Shown here piece by piece: positions 1 to 12,598 of a DNA stretch of 64,000 nucleotides. The stretch is from Phoronis australis (lineage: Eukaryota > Animalia > Phoronida): contig NMRA01000544.1 of NCBI GenBank assembly GCA_002633005.1, positions 168,479-232,478 of the forward strand. The letters run 5' to 3'. Position numbers and translations under genes: made by a program. Position 1 is the first letter of the stretch. Every line of letters begins with the position of its first letter. Below the pieces are notes generated by a model that was not told where the DNA came from, searched no databases, and saw only the letters and a list, made by a program, of their open reading frames with translations.

Positions 1-45
1 TGTGCTTTTAACGTTTGATTATTCTGATACTCGTTATTTTTTTAG

Positions 46-3000
46 GCATATGTCCTCCGAAGTTTTACCTTTTCAACCATTCCTGTTATTGTTTCGGTGC
101 GGCATCTGAGTCAGTCTCGTGGCCTATGGCAAAGATAGCTTGCCATCAGAGAGGCGCCAAACTGGTATCCGTGGAAACGAGTGCTGAAAATGATTTTATT
201 ATTCGACACATCAAGTCGTTGTCAGGTCAGTGCTTTCAAAATACTTGGACTGTACTTTCGGTCTTGATATTGCAAAATACAGCTTTTTCTAAAGGCATTT
301 GTTTGTAAGACAACGCTAGCGTGTATTGCTAGGCCTAATAGCCGATAAGAGTTATCTCCACATGTTACCCATGACGTCCTCTTGTAATTTCGGGCATCAA
401 AAACAATGCCAAGAGACTACGGCTTTGGTAACTGGGCTTCATGTTCGTTGCTTCCCTTACTCGGGAATTTCTCAATTTTAAAAAGATTTTCTACACTAAA
501 CTACTTTGAGCGAAACGTCGCTTTCCCATAAACAGGTAGGTGAACGGCAATGATATAAATAGATAGCCAGGCCCGTAGCCGGAAGGAAAAAATTATTGGG
601 AGGGGGGCACAAACCAATTTGACTTCGCCAACCAACCCCATTGCTATCGCCACCTAACTTGCTAACCCCCCTCCCCCACCCGTTCTCTGGATGTCACCAT
701 ATTTATTCCGAGNCCCCCGCCCCACGTCCGCCCGGTGGGAGTATAATACCGGGGATGCAGCCATAAGGATTTGAGTGACCGTGAACCAACAAAGTTTCAC
801 GGAGAGTAAGAATGGGTCTAGTGCCCGCATACTGACGGGTAGCTGGAAGTTGCCTGACTACAGCTGGCCTCCAACAGTGTATTCGCACTCCTCTGCTCTG
901 GGTCGAAGGTCAAGGTTTGTTTTATGATCCAGTTTCGGGAAAACTTCAATTTATTATGCTTAGTTTTTGAAGACTTGGAAAGGTGAAGTCCCGAGGTGAC
1001 TGGTATGAATGCCTTTGTGGCCGTTTCAGAATCCCTAGATGAAACACAGCCGGTAATCCAGTTTCGGGTTGCTGGGGGAAATGATACAGAGTGTGTCCCG
1101 AAAATGAACACACTTCAAAGTCTGGTGTTCAAATTGAGCTCCCGTGGGTAACTTATATTCTACGCAGGCCTACGGCATGGTTACACCTTATTTTAACGTG
1201 GGTGTGCCAGTTACTACGTGTTCCGTGCATGCGCGCACCCAAGGGGGCTTGGGTTGCTAGAACGAGCCCCTCATTTGGAAAAGTGGGCAAAAAGGTACGC
1301 TTCAAAGAAACAAAATGTCCGAGAAAAACGACACAAAAGTCCGCTAAAAAGGTAGAAATTCTACGTATGCATAATTCATAGCCCTGAACGAACCCCATAT
1401 TCCGTTTTTTTTTTCTTTTCTTTAGTAAAAGGTCCGCATCTTCAAAAATGTTAAGCTGGTTGGGGGCATGCCGTGTGTGTAGAATGCACGGAAAATGCAA
1501 GCAATCGATTCAGGTTTGAAGAACAAAAAGTCATTGCTCCATACTACTGGAAATTAAAAACAACGTAGAACTGCAAAGAGAATCTTTAAAGTTGATGACA
1601 AATGAGTTAGATTTTATTTATTTAAGTACTTAAACGTCTTTTTCGATACGTTTGTAAACTTAAACCCAGTAATCTAGTTCCTAAGCCAATAAACAATTTA
1701 TTGTCATTTGAAATGTGACAGGATTTTGGGACACTTTGTAGAGTTGTCCGAAATTCATCAATTTCCTTGAGACTTATTTCAGATAGACAAAAATCGTTTA
1801 GCGTACTTTTACATTTGGGGATCTGATGATAGGTCAAAATTTTCCGGTGTCTGCTTGCAACTAAGTTCATTGAAGCATTCTCATTTCTACAAGATGAGCT
1901 TTTAATTGTCAAAAAAATCATCTGTCAATCGGTTTACTTTCATAGATACATAAACATGTAAATCAGAAACCGACAATCAAATGCATGAGCAATGCGTCTA
2001 CCTTGAGCTAATGACTTAACTCTCTTTTGATCCCCTGTTAGTGAGTTTAAACAATAAAACTTGTACCGAAGTCAAACAGTAATGTATTTATTGTCATGTG
2101 AATTTTAGTAAATTTTTGGGAAGTGTCCGATTTTCACCAATGTCTTTTAGAGTTATTTTAGATAGGCAAAAAGCGTCCAGGTGCACTTTACTAGTTGGGG
2201 ATCTGATAGAGTTTTTTCCATATCAAGGCTTCGACTAAATTCCTTGAATCGTCATCATTTCTTAAAAGATTAGCCTCTAATTGCTAAAAATCATCTATTA
2301 ACCTGTCGGTTTTCGTAGATACATAAGCATGTAAATCAGAAACCAACGAATTTGTTAATCAAAACGGAAATCAGTGTTATAAGCAATATCCGCAGCCATG
2401 CTCGCAGATTTTTGGCGGGTAACCCGGGGAAAATAGGAGATTGGGCATTCATAGTGAGGTGTATTTTTGCACATTACCGAGGTACCTATCACGGTTCAAG
2501 AGTTTAACTTGACCCCCCCCCAAAAAAACGTTGAAATATTTGTTTATTATTGGGAGTATTTGAGTACACTCGTTCACCCCAATTGTAGCCTCGACAGCAG
2601 TGTTTTCCACATGTAGGAATTCCTTACAAACAAATCATAGTAACCATTTTCAAAAGAGATATTATTCTTGTGATATTATGGGAAACAGTAACATTGTTTT
2701 ATAATTACATTATTTTTGGCGATAGTACGATTAGAAAACGGACAAGCTCTCACACTCATTTCACCACATGGATTTGGAATGGTAATACACTTGCTGTCCT
2801 ACTGTACATATCCAGATGATGTCTTAAGAAAAGACGTTGAGTTAGCATGAACTTTTTTATTTGTGTGGCGATTGTCCTTTTTTCTAATTATTCTATAACT
2901 ATATTAATCCTTTTGTGTAATTTACAAATAGGGGTCTTCACGTTCTTCAAAATTTCACCCTTTCGATGGTGGTCAATCCTATTGCATTTTTTCACATTTT

Positions 3001-4671
3001 TGGTTGTTTGGATTGAATGCCTTGATACTGCTGTTGCTGTGCACGAATGTTGGTGTTTTTATGAATTTGGAATCTCAACTTCGCTCGTCGGGAATACTTG
3101 GCAGTGTCCATGGGCTGTGCACCAAAGGGGGCTTTGGGGCTTTAACCCCCCCCCCCCACACACACACACACTTTTTTCAGTGCTGCGCTGCCCATGATGT
3201 CGGATTTACATATATAGAGGGGAAAAAGGGACATTTCCCCGAACTGTTCCACCGATAGAGGGTACCGTCTGAAATAGGACACCTTAATTATGAAAGGATA
3301 AATATCATTAAGCTTGGAAAAGAGTGACAGTTCATTCTACCGTCGTGTGATGACAAGACCGTGCAGGAAGTGACCCTCTTTAACATGAAAGTCAGTTGCA
3401 CGATTTCACAAAAAAGCAGGAAACTAGACGAAATCGAGTCCAACTCTGGGTTTTCTCCGTGAGTGGACCCTTAAGAAAAGGATGGCCACTTGAATGTCAT
3501 CAATGGCCTCCTTCAAGGGTGTGGCCCCTCAATATGAAATTATCAATATTTTGAAAAATCAAGAAATGTGCAGCAATTGATGATATCTGTCAGGGCATCA
3601 AGCGATACACAATTTGAGAAAAATGCTACTGTTGTCTCAGTTATCCTTTGCCAGAGAGGGGCCTCTGGAAAAACATGATTTTGCAGTCGCAAACTTGACT
3701 TATTGAGTTTAAAATCAAGTAAATTAACACGCTCCGCAAAAGATTCGCTTTACAAATTTTTCGATTTTTCGAAATACAATGTATGAATCATTACGTGCCG
3801 GTTTTCAAGTGCGTTTAGACGACCTGTTCTGCGAAAGCGGAGACCCCAACAACAATATCCTGGCAAAGGTCCCCAAAGGTAAACCATGCACTGATACAGA
3901 GTTGTTAAATGTTTCTATTGATTTTTCTCTCTAATCCGCATTTAGCAGTCTTTCTTTTTTCAACTGTCTCCACCCCACGCCTATGTCGGTTGCCACGGTT
4001 GAACCCTGACGCCTGAAAATTTTTTTTGGGGGGCAGTGCCCCCCGGCCCCGCCCACTTCCTACGGCCCTGATAGCTATTTATTTCATTAGGTGAACCGCC
4101 CTTGGTCAAACTGGCCGCGCCACCTGGTGTCTGAAATCATAAGAACAATGGTGTTGCTAAGATTCGGAATCTCCATTCTATTACTGTATACCAGGCCTAT
4201 TACTCGAACAGCAAGTATTACCAACGTTTTGGAAAGATGTCGGCTATACAACAGTACGTCATGATACCTATCTTGATCCCAACAAGTTTACATGAGCACC
4301 GTTTCGCACTGTTTAGATGACTAAACATGAAAAACAAAACACTGAGGTCTGCAAAAACTTCTTTACACAATGCCAATAACCACTGAGGAAACATTCATGT
4401 AGACCTTTTGTTCTTTTCAGATTCTTCAACTTTGTGTTCATTTTGGACAAGTGGTAACAACCATGAGAGCTACTGGGTTTGGGATTCCACTGGACGGGCG
4501 TTCGGTAATTATCGTCCCTGGAGTCCGAAACAACCTGATTCAACAAAAGGCCAATGCATGTTCTACTTTGCAAGTGACTTTTGGAGATGGCATGATCTCC
4601 CCTGTAAATATAATCGGTTTAAAGGTGCAGCCATTACATTTATTTGCGAGAAAGACGCTTTGCCGTTCTAA
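46..4671 (+). CDS. C-type lectin domain protein (perlucin-like), last two coding exons: 46-225 and 4421-4671; 5' exons lie outside the window
   Basis: Exon 46-225 (tttag|...TCAG|gtcagt) encodes CPPKFYLFNHSCYCF...SWPMAKIACHQRGAKLVSVETSAENDFI. It joins in phase 1 to exon 4421-4671 (ttttcag|), encoding FWTSG...WVW...Y.PWSPKQPD...C...W.WHDLPC...FICEK*. The CTLD Cys/Trp pattern, QPD and WND-like WHD motifs are present. Confidence 0.9.
1228..1475 (+). mobile_element. MITE-like dispersed repeat, copy 1 (CATGCGCGCACCC termini)
   Basis: Same body (aaagtgggcaaaaaggt..c.tca.agaaacaaaa) as the reverse-orientation copies at 20612-20901 and 53768-54030. The right end is degenerate. Confidence 0.65.
1690..2360 (+). 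repeat. Diverged direct duplication (~390-bp offset) of a dispersed repeat
   Basis: 1697-1975 aligns with 2087-2348 (tttattgtcat...ttggggatctgat...gtaaatcagaaacc). A reverse-complement copy lies at ~7670-8070. Confidence 0.65.
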
Positions 4672-7669
4672 AGTACTCGTTTGGGTTAACGCCCATACTC
4701 TGCTTACCGCTAACAAAGATATTATAGGTATAGAGTATCTTTGCCGCCAATGAATGACTCCGTTTCATACGACCGAGACTTCCTAAGTGTCCACGTGACA
4801 ACGCGCCTTTTCTTCAGATGTTTAGCTCACAAACGTTCGCAGCTTGCTTACATTTGAAGAAGAATCTTTTAGATCAGCAGAACCTTGGTGCCTCGCATTA
4901 AATATCAATCTCCTCAAGTCAACAGTTTTAGAAGGACGAGTTTAAAAGTCTTTTGATGATCAAGGTTTTGTTTCATGAAAAGCGACTTGAAGCCATGTAG
5001 GACACTAGTAGTAGCAGTATATGGTTCCACGCGATGTCTTTTTGACTGGTTCGGAGGTGCCGTGGACGGAAGGCAGCCGAGAAAATGTCACGCTTCCAGG
5101 GAGACGCACGCTAAGGGCTATCGTCCCTTTCTTGTTTTTTACCGTAAACAAGTCATGAACGTCATTTATTTTGAAAACACATTGGCAGAAAATGCAGACA
5201 GCGTCTTGTTACACCTGCAAGTAAAATTTTCGGTTGTATGAAATCGGTCGAGGAACTCAATTCTATACAAAGGCAAACTAGGAGGCATATTGGTAATTGG
5301 ATCGGTCTTATCCTAGTAATGGTTTATGTTCCTCGGCGTTATTATTATTATTTTTGAAGTGTCGTGGAGGTGCAGAGACAAGAACAAGCCCTCAGGTAGT
5401 AGTTTGATTGTCGCCAATTTACTTTGAGTAGCTGAAGACAAGGGCGTTTCGTTGCCGTCTTGTTTTTTGTAAACGAGTCAAAAACTTATTCATTTTAAAA
5501 ACAGACGGACAGAAAAAGCGATAAAAGAAGCGTGTCACACATGAAAATAAAATATCAGGTGTATTGGTGTTGTTTGCTCTGGTTTTATATACTCATCAAC
5601 ACACAACGTCAACACACACTACAACGTTGCAATAAAAATTGCAAGCAGTGTCAGGTGGTAAACGTTGCACCAGGCCTCCCCGAAGGGTCCATTGCACTGA
5701 TCACTTGGAACTATGTTTATGCTTTATTGGTATCAAGTTTAGCAGGGTAGTAGCTTCACGTAAACAAAGAACTAAGCAATGAACGCTGCTGTTTTGAGAT
5801 GACTCGCAGTGGCAGAAGATGTACCCCAGATGACACGAGCAAACATAAATGCCGGACAGAAACCGTAGATGGCAAGAGTGACAATAACTGTCACGACGAC
5901 CGTTGAACTAACGGGTTAGTAGCGACCAAAGTAGCAAGTACAACGAGTGAGCATTCAAACAGGATCCACTGCTGTTCCTCCTACATCCCTTGAAGATCTT
6001 AGCGGACAACGAATAATTTCTGACGATGTGACCTCTAGTGGCGATTTCTTTCTTTGCGTCAGTGGCCGAACCTCCTTTGAGAGCTTTGTGAACTGTGTGG
6101 CCAGATGTGTTTCTATGATGATGCCGACGACAGATGTTAACGAAGTCGGACCGAAATTCGGCTAATAGGTCAGCTCTGATTGAGAAGACAACTACACCTT
6201 TCAAATCTTCGGTAGATTCGACGTATTTTACACTACTTAGTGGTCATTGTTGTAACCTTAGAGCCCGCCTTTACTGTCTGCCTATTTATTTTCCAAACCC
6301 GCCGCTCAATAAAAAATAATACGAAAATTGACAGATGTGTTCGACGACTGCTGTGGTGCCCCTTGCTGACATTTTGCGTCCTCGGCTACATGATCCTTTA
6401 CACTATCTTTGTGAAATTGTGGCAAGTGGTCATATAAATGTGACAACGGCAGTGACCATGACTTTTTGACGAATCTGACTGTACCTCTTTGCCCCCTAGT
6501 AGTTTGTTTTAGTTTTTTCATTTGCTTCCGTATCGTCAGATTTCCTTGACAATTTTGATGACATTTTGGCAGATAGGTTTCTAATATGGAGACGACGTTG
6601 ATAAACCAGTAAAATGTGTGACCACACATTTCGTTCCTGTGGACTCTTTCGGTGTCAAAAGGTAGGGGTAACACCAAAGAAGTCCACGAGGACGACGTGT
6701 CTGGCTTCCTTTCCACACGTTTTACCGTCCTTAGTACATTTCCATTGTTTTGTTATCAGTAACGGTGTTTTAGTATTTTATATCATTTTGTAGGCATGGT
6801 ACACGCTTTCCGCCTTTTGGAACTCCTACAGGACATCCTTTTGGACGCTTAAAATGGAACTCAATTTTCGTTTCTGGAATGAAAACACTTTCCGCCCGAG
6901 CGTATACTCGTTTATGTTCGGAAATTCCCGGTATCATAAGACTAGTGTTTCTTTTGAATATCATTACCTGCAGTTGTTTGTAAGAAACTCGCACATGGCG
7001 AATAGACTATGAGGGGTACGAGTTTTTGATGACCGTGTACAGAGTACACGTGTAACGCATTGAAGATGTCATGTCTCGTTAAACCGTGAATATTTAAATT
7101 TGTAGCAAGCGCCATCTTGTAACTTCCTGGAGAACTGTGTGAACAAGTATCATCTTGGAAACAACTTGTAAATAAATTGCGGTTTTACAGAAAACATTAC
7201 AAGTGATACACAAGTGTGAACATAAAAAAATCCGATTATTACGCACTCGTTGTTTCAGAATGAAATAAACAAACAATAAAAACTGCCTTGTTTCATTAGG
7301 GTAACGATGGAATACTACCATACTCATTTACATAAAAATAGTCTCGCAAAACGAGACTGGCTCTTGGATGGTTTCCTGCACACTGGAGGACTTGGGGTTA
7401 TTTGTAAATCGGTGCTTCATTTGCATACCCATAATTTAATGAGATTGTTCATATTTAAGGTGCATAATCAGCGATTTTAGAATTTAATTTTAACCCATAC
7501 TCTGTAATTTAGCTACCTCTGGAGTGAAGCAAAATACACGTTACGCGAATGAATTCGGAACATTTCCTTAGGGAATGCGCAGTAGCAAGATCCCGCCGGT
7601 TGCCCCTCAAGAATCTGAGAGCATGCCTTTGGGAATTGCTTTTTATGTTCTGTTTTCAATTGATAAATA

Positions 7670-8070
7670 TTGATAAATAACGGATTTGTTGGTTTCTGAT
7701 GTATATGCTTATATACCTAACAACTGATTGGTAGATGATTTTTGACAGTAAGACGTTATTCTTGTAAGAATTTATGGCGCTTCAGTGAACGTAGTTGCAC
7801 GCTGAAGTTGAGAAAATCTCCGATTCCTATGTAAGAAAGTGCACTAGACGATGTTTGCTTGATGATGTTGATGAAATTTAGACAACTCTACAGGGTGTCC
7901 CGAAAATGTGCTTACACCTCACATGACAATAACTGCATTGTTTATTTACCTAGGAATAAGATTAGTGGTTTAAATTCCCAAATAGCAGTTAAAAAAGAAA
8001 TCAAACTTTTTAAAGTAGATTGCCCTCTGAGATAAGGACTTTAAGCTAAATTAAATGCATTGCTCATTAA
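7670..8070 (-). repeat. Inverted copy of the 1.6-2.35 kb repeat family
   Basis: ttgttggtttctgat...atgcttat...agatgatttttgaca...atgacaataa is the reverse complement of the 1690-2360 units. Confidence 0.6.
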
Positions 8071-8899
8071 GTTGAGAAGATTAATTGTCTTTGCACGTCC
8101 TTGATGTTATGTTTCCAGTAGTTTTGCGCAATAAAATTTCGTTTTCCAAAACTGAGTCGTCATTTTGTAAGTCATTCCCTTTCGTACAGAGAACAAGATG
8201 ACAAACCAACTCACTGTCAAAACACACGAGTTGTGATGACTTCCTCACCGTCATTAGTCCATCACTATGGTGGGCGTGGGAGATCGGTTCAAAAATTAGG
8301 ACATCCGGGGAATGGAGCAGAACGTGGTGGCGATAGGAAACAGATGAGGGCAATTGTTTAGCGAACTGCAACACAAGCCCGCAACCTGCATACATTATCT
8401 AATCACATTGATCACATTTCTAGAAATTTAGTATGAAAATATACCATTTGTTTTCAAAATACTCTTCGTTAACATTTTTTTTGTGAAAACAGGCGTCGGC
8501 TTTTTAAAATTATATGTTAATTCAACTTAAAATTTTCAGTAGAAGGTAATTGGTTCTGCATTCGACGGGAGAGTATGTCTTTTTAGCTAGAGTGGTAAAA
8601 ACTCATTTTTGAACCGTCAATGGAGAAGGTGGGAAGTTTGTTTGAAGATGACTCATCTTTTTACATTTAAATCGTTTTCTGGCACTACCCAATAAGCTGT
8701 AAAAGGTTAAAAAACATGGCGCAAGCTTACGATTTGTGCCAAAATGAATGTGAGGTGAGGACACCCAGTCTCATTCTTACATAAATCACAAACAAAGGTA
8801 ACGCCTGTTTCATTCTAAGAACGAATGAATACAGGTTCAAGTCCCGCCAGGATTCTACAATTAAACTATAAAGGTTGACAAAATTCAAAACCTGAGAGT

Positions 8900-9680
8900 A
8901 TTTGAGATGTACAAAAGACAAGAATTAAACGCATCTGCCTAGAAATAAATCTTTCACATATCGGCTAGATGCTTAAACTAGGCATCTGATATAAATTCAC
9001 TTTGCTCCTCAAATTCTGCTTAAAGAGCGTTTCTTTCCATTAGGAAATGAAACTTTGTAAAGGTTTTCTTGTCCGTGTTCAATTTTTGCACTGTTTCTTG
9101 GGGACGGCAGAAGTGTCAATTTACAAATTAACAACGATTTAACCACCCATTTTTTCCTAACACAATCAGGGATCTTTTGGACCAAATCTCAATATCTTTT
9201 TCTATACCAGTGCAAGTTTTTCAGAACAGCTGCTTTCAATTACTTTGGAAAGTTTTGAAGAAAAGTTTATTCCTAACGTTTTGAAGCTACTTGATCATAA
9301 AATATATTTCCTGAAGGTATTTTTCTGTTTAAATATATTAGCTCCTATCCACAAACAACATGATACCTTGTCAATATTAGGTTTGAGGTCGCAGAACTTA
9401 AAAATGATCCAATAAATTTAAAGTTTTCTTAAGAGATTTGTCTGAAGTGAACACCAAGAACACAACTTGACCTATGTCGTTTGCATACTGAATTAACTTT
9501 TGGCTCGCCGTCGCCAACTCTGCGATTCCCTTTGTCTTTGTTTTTCCTAAGCAATACTCCTAAAGTTTCTGCACACATAATAAATAGATATAAGGAGATG
9601 AATGGGCCCCTTGCTTGAAATTTGTATGCAATTAAAAATTTGGGAAGTTATTCCATTTGCATGACACCCAAGCTTCATCC
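8900..9680 (-). mobile_element. Decayed L1/Tx1-clade LINE reverse transcriptase fragment
   Basis: Minus-strand translation with frameshifts gives QG..SPY/LFIMCAETLGVLLRKNKD...KLIQYAND...KSLKKTLNLLDHF...LKPNIDK...LWIG...WSKRSLIVLGK..VVKSLLICKL. This matches the QGxPLSP / YADD region and thumb of L1-clade RTs. Confidence 0.7.
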
Positions 9681-10899
9681 GGCAAATACATGATCCGTTC
9701 GGTCAAACATATGAGTTGCCAAACATCTGTAATGCCTTTTGTTGGATGTGGTAAACAGTCACTCAATTTAACCGGAAATAATAAAAAGTGTTAAAAATGA
9801 AGATGTCAATTTTCCTTCATAGTGTCACAGAAAAATGAACAAATAGAGTGTCCCATGACAACCGAAGAGGCAAAGTCACAAGCGCACAAAATAAAGATCT
9901 TTTTTAATTAACTGGTCAAAACAATTTTTTAAGTGTACATTTATAGAATATATTGCCAATAAAATGCAACCCATTGCCGTGTCTATAGTATTTTTTTCAA
10001 AATGACAAGAAATGATTTTCTCAGCAGAAGAAATCATGACTTGTGCCCTAACAGCGCCCTCTTTTTTCCAGACTTAAAAGCTAACAATTAAATTTAGGTC
10101 AAATATCTTTGGGTCATTGAGGAACACTGGAGCTTTTGAATTATGCGTTTAGGTGTGACTAAAACGCGGAAACACTTTTGAAATTTGATTTCGAAAATGG
10201 GAGCACTCAGCTTTTGCCACTAACAGAGCACCGGCCTTTGACCCACACATCCGGCGAGTTCAAAAAACCCCGCTGCAAGGCGTCCTTTCCCTGTTTCTAC
10301 GCAACAGTGATCTGCTTCATAGTGTCATTCTACACAGGATTATGAAAACAATTCCATATAAACTTTTGAAGAATCAAATTGTTGATCTATTTTATGGCAT
10401 AGAAAACATTTGAAATTTCACCGTTTTCTCTTTTGTTCCTCAAAACTTCCTTTCCGTTATAGCAACTTTTCATATACTATGGATTATTTCTATGCGGATG
10501 AACAAATATGTGATGCATTGATTCCATAACGAGGCAGCATATAAACTTGACGTCGATTGACAGATATGGCGACGGAATGCAAGTAAAGGACATAAAAGGT
10601 AAAGCTTTACCTGTTTCGATACGTGATATGTTCGAATGGAAGTCAAAAAGTGTGAAACCCATTCCGAATTGGAAAATGTGGGCAGTATTCAGTCATTAAA
10701 AAAGTAATGTGTCAACTTTTTCTTGTGGAAACCTTCTGTTCGGAATGTTTAACTGACGATTGATAGCGAGTGCGACTTTGCAAAGCCGAAGCCTTCGGCT
10801 AAGGATTCACCTCTGCACGACCTCAATTTTGTCAGGTACTAATGTTTCAAGTTCTTCTTCAAGTTCCACTATTACCAGATGAGCTCACATTTGATTTAT

Positions 10900-11150
10900 T
10901 GTTGAAATGTTTACCAATTTCTCTGAAAATACACCTTGGAACTGAGCGATTAAAGTCAGAACTGATGGTCACCCCCACACTACTGTACTGAACTGTGTAG
11001 GTGGTGTGAATCTCAACTGTTTTCCCTTGAATTTGTCTTTGCCTTGACCTGATGGCTGAAGACAAGTTGGTTATGCTATTCATGAACTTGGAATCCACTG
11101 TAATTTCAAGGTAATGTATGCATGAACTTGGAATTGGACATTCATCACAC
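10900..11150 (-). mobile_element. Possible decayed CR1/L2-type LINE fragment (RT C-terminal region)
   Basis: The ORF 10859-11152 contains YLEITVDSKF and VGVTISSDF, which resemble the YLGV.I...L motif of LINE RTs. No catalytic motif is visible. Confidence 0.3.
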
Positions 11151-11337
11151 ATAGTGTACCTAAATACCAGAGTACCAGACAGACCTTAAATATCGGCCGT
11201 TTTTACCGTATAAAATCTTACTCCGAGAAATAAATTACATCATTTTTCTATTCGGCCTTAATCCATTCAATGTCTGGCACCTTCTTGTTTTTTTATAGCG
11301 TTCGCTCATTTTGATACCACTGAGACTGGGGTGTAAT

Positions 11338-11521
11338 TGCAGTGAGACTGCACATGCGAAAGTCATCTGCACTGCTTTAAAAACTGCAGTGAGACTGCAC
11401 ATGCGAAAGTCATCTGCACTGCTTTAAAAACTGCAGTGAGACTGCACATGCGAAAGTCATCTGCACTGCTTTAAAAACTGCAGTGAGACTGCACATGCGA
11501 AAATCATCTGCACTGATTTAA
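11338..11521. repeat. 47-bp minisatellite, ~4 copies
   Basis: Unit tgcagtgagactgcacatgcgaaagtcatctgcactgctttaaaaac starts at 11338, 11385, 11432 and 11479. Confidence 0.95.
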
Positions 11522-11840
11522 TGAAACAATTTGGTGCTGTTGTCGGATCACATTTTATCGATAATTTTGTTGCAAACAGAGCTGTGTTCTAGCAGCTAAT
11601 TTATTAAAACACAGGAGCTGCAATTCGGCGAAAAGGTGCTTGCAGCCACTACTTGGTTTGTCAGTTTTTGCTGTGGCTTATGCGGAAACAACGGTGTCCA
11701 ATATTTAGGTTCTCCAAAGTTTACTGGTTTGTTTTTTTAAAGATCAGTCAGAACATAAATATGGATTTTGGTGACAAGATACAGTAACAAAACTATTTCG
11801 TAAAGTCTTTATTTCAGTAAAGATCACGTACAGGTTTTTG

Positions 11841-11878
11841 TATTTAATTGGAAATACTACAGTATTTCCAATTAAATA
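11841..11878. repeat. Perfect inverted repeat, 18-bp arms
   Basis: tatttaattggaaatact-ac-agtatttccaattaaata. Confidence 0.9.
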
Positions 11879-12334
11879 TAAGGCAAAATGTGCCAAAACG
11901 TCTGATATTTAGGTCGCTTGACTTCAAGGCAATTGGGTGAAATTTTGTGTTCTATGTAAAGAATATTTGCAGTTACTGGCCTCTCCATCACCATCTTTGT
12001 TCTTGTTTGACAGATATGATTGCCAATAGTTGAACAGAGGTTGCTTCAAATTTATATTGCTTCATTAACATGTAATTTGAGCGTGATTATTTGACATAAC
12101 CTTGAAAGTTTTTTGGTGTATTCCAAGCTCATGCATAAAGGATCTTGAGATTAAGCAGGATTCACCCACAGCAGGTTAAACTTGAAGTTGCTTCGAGCAA
12201 CAGTAGCCAGTGTATACTGTAAAGGTTTTGAAAGTAGCTTACTGTGCTTTATAACTTTTCTGTATTCACTCATTTTATCGTAGCTACTCACTTTGAATTA
12301 AATGCAGAAAAAACTTGAATATGTGTTGGAAAAT

Positions 12335-12410
12335 TCTACACGTCCGGGACTTGAACCCAGGACCTTCGTCATGCGATTGAGGCATCCAAACTGATCGGTC
12401 AATGGGCATT
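12335..12410 (-). mobile_element. tRNA-derived SINE head or tRNA-like relic
   Basis: The minus strand has B box GGTTCAAGTCC inside a CTGGG/CCCGG T-arm. The A box is degenerate and no cloverleaf forms. Confidence 0.4.
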
Positions 12411-12528
12411 TGTCCCTTCAGTTGTTTAATGTATTCATGACGCAAATTATTTTTATGAAGCGCCCTGGGAATCAATTCAGTGCATCATTTTAATGCACTC
12501 TTTCTTTTGAATTGCAGATTCTTAAAAT

Positions 12529-12598
12529 CAGGGAGCGTGGCTGGAAGTAGATCAGATGACCACCAGGGAGCGTGACTGGAGGTAGATCAGATGACCAC
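12529..12598 (+). repeat. 35-bp tandem duplication spanning the USP2 start codon; creates a uORF at 12556-12585
   Basis: cagggagcgtg(g/a)ctgga(a/g)gtagatcagatgaccac occurs twice. The first ATG reads MTTRERDWR* and stops 5 nt before the main ATG at 12591. Confidence 0.85.

Larger units (their letters stand above)
568..4070. mobile_element. Composite non-autonomous DNA transposon in the lectin intron, with short TIRs and a 5-bp TSD
   Basis: Ends are CAGGCCCGTAG (568) and CTACGGCCCTG (4070), with subterminal G/C runs. ATAGC occurs directly on both sides (563-567, 4071-4075). No transposase was recognised. Confidence 0.6.

Noticed and set aside
5750-6720. Possible small gene in a moderately GC-rich stretch with several short ORFs
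   Set aside because: No recognisable domain or consistent splice structure was found on either strand. It would need RNA-seq or a homology search.
11338-11521. CRISPR-like array or hammerhead repeat
   Set aside because: The units are contiguous with no unique spacers, the context is eukaryotic, and there is no CTGANGA core (only CAGATGA).
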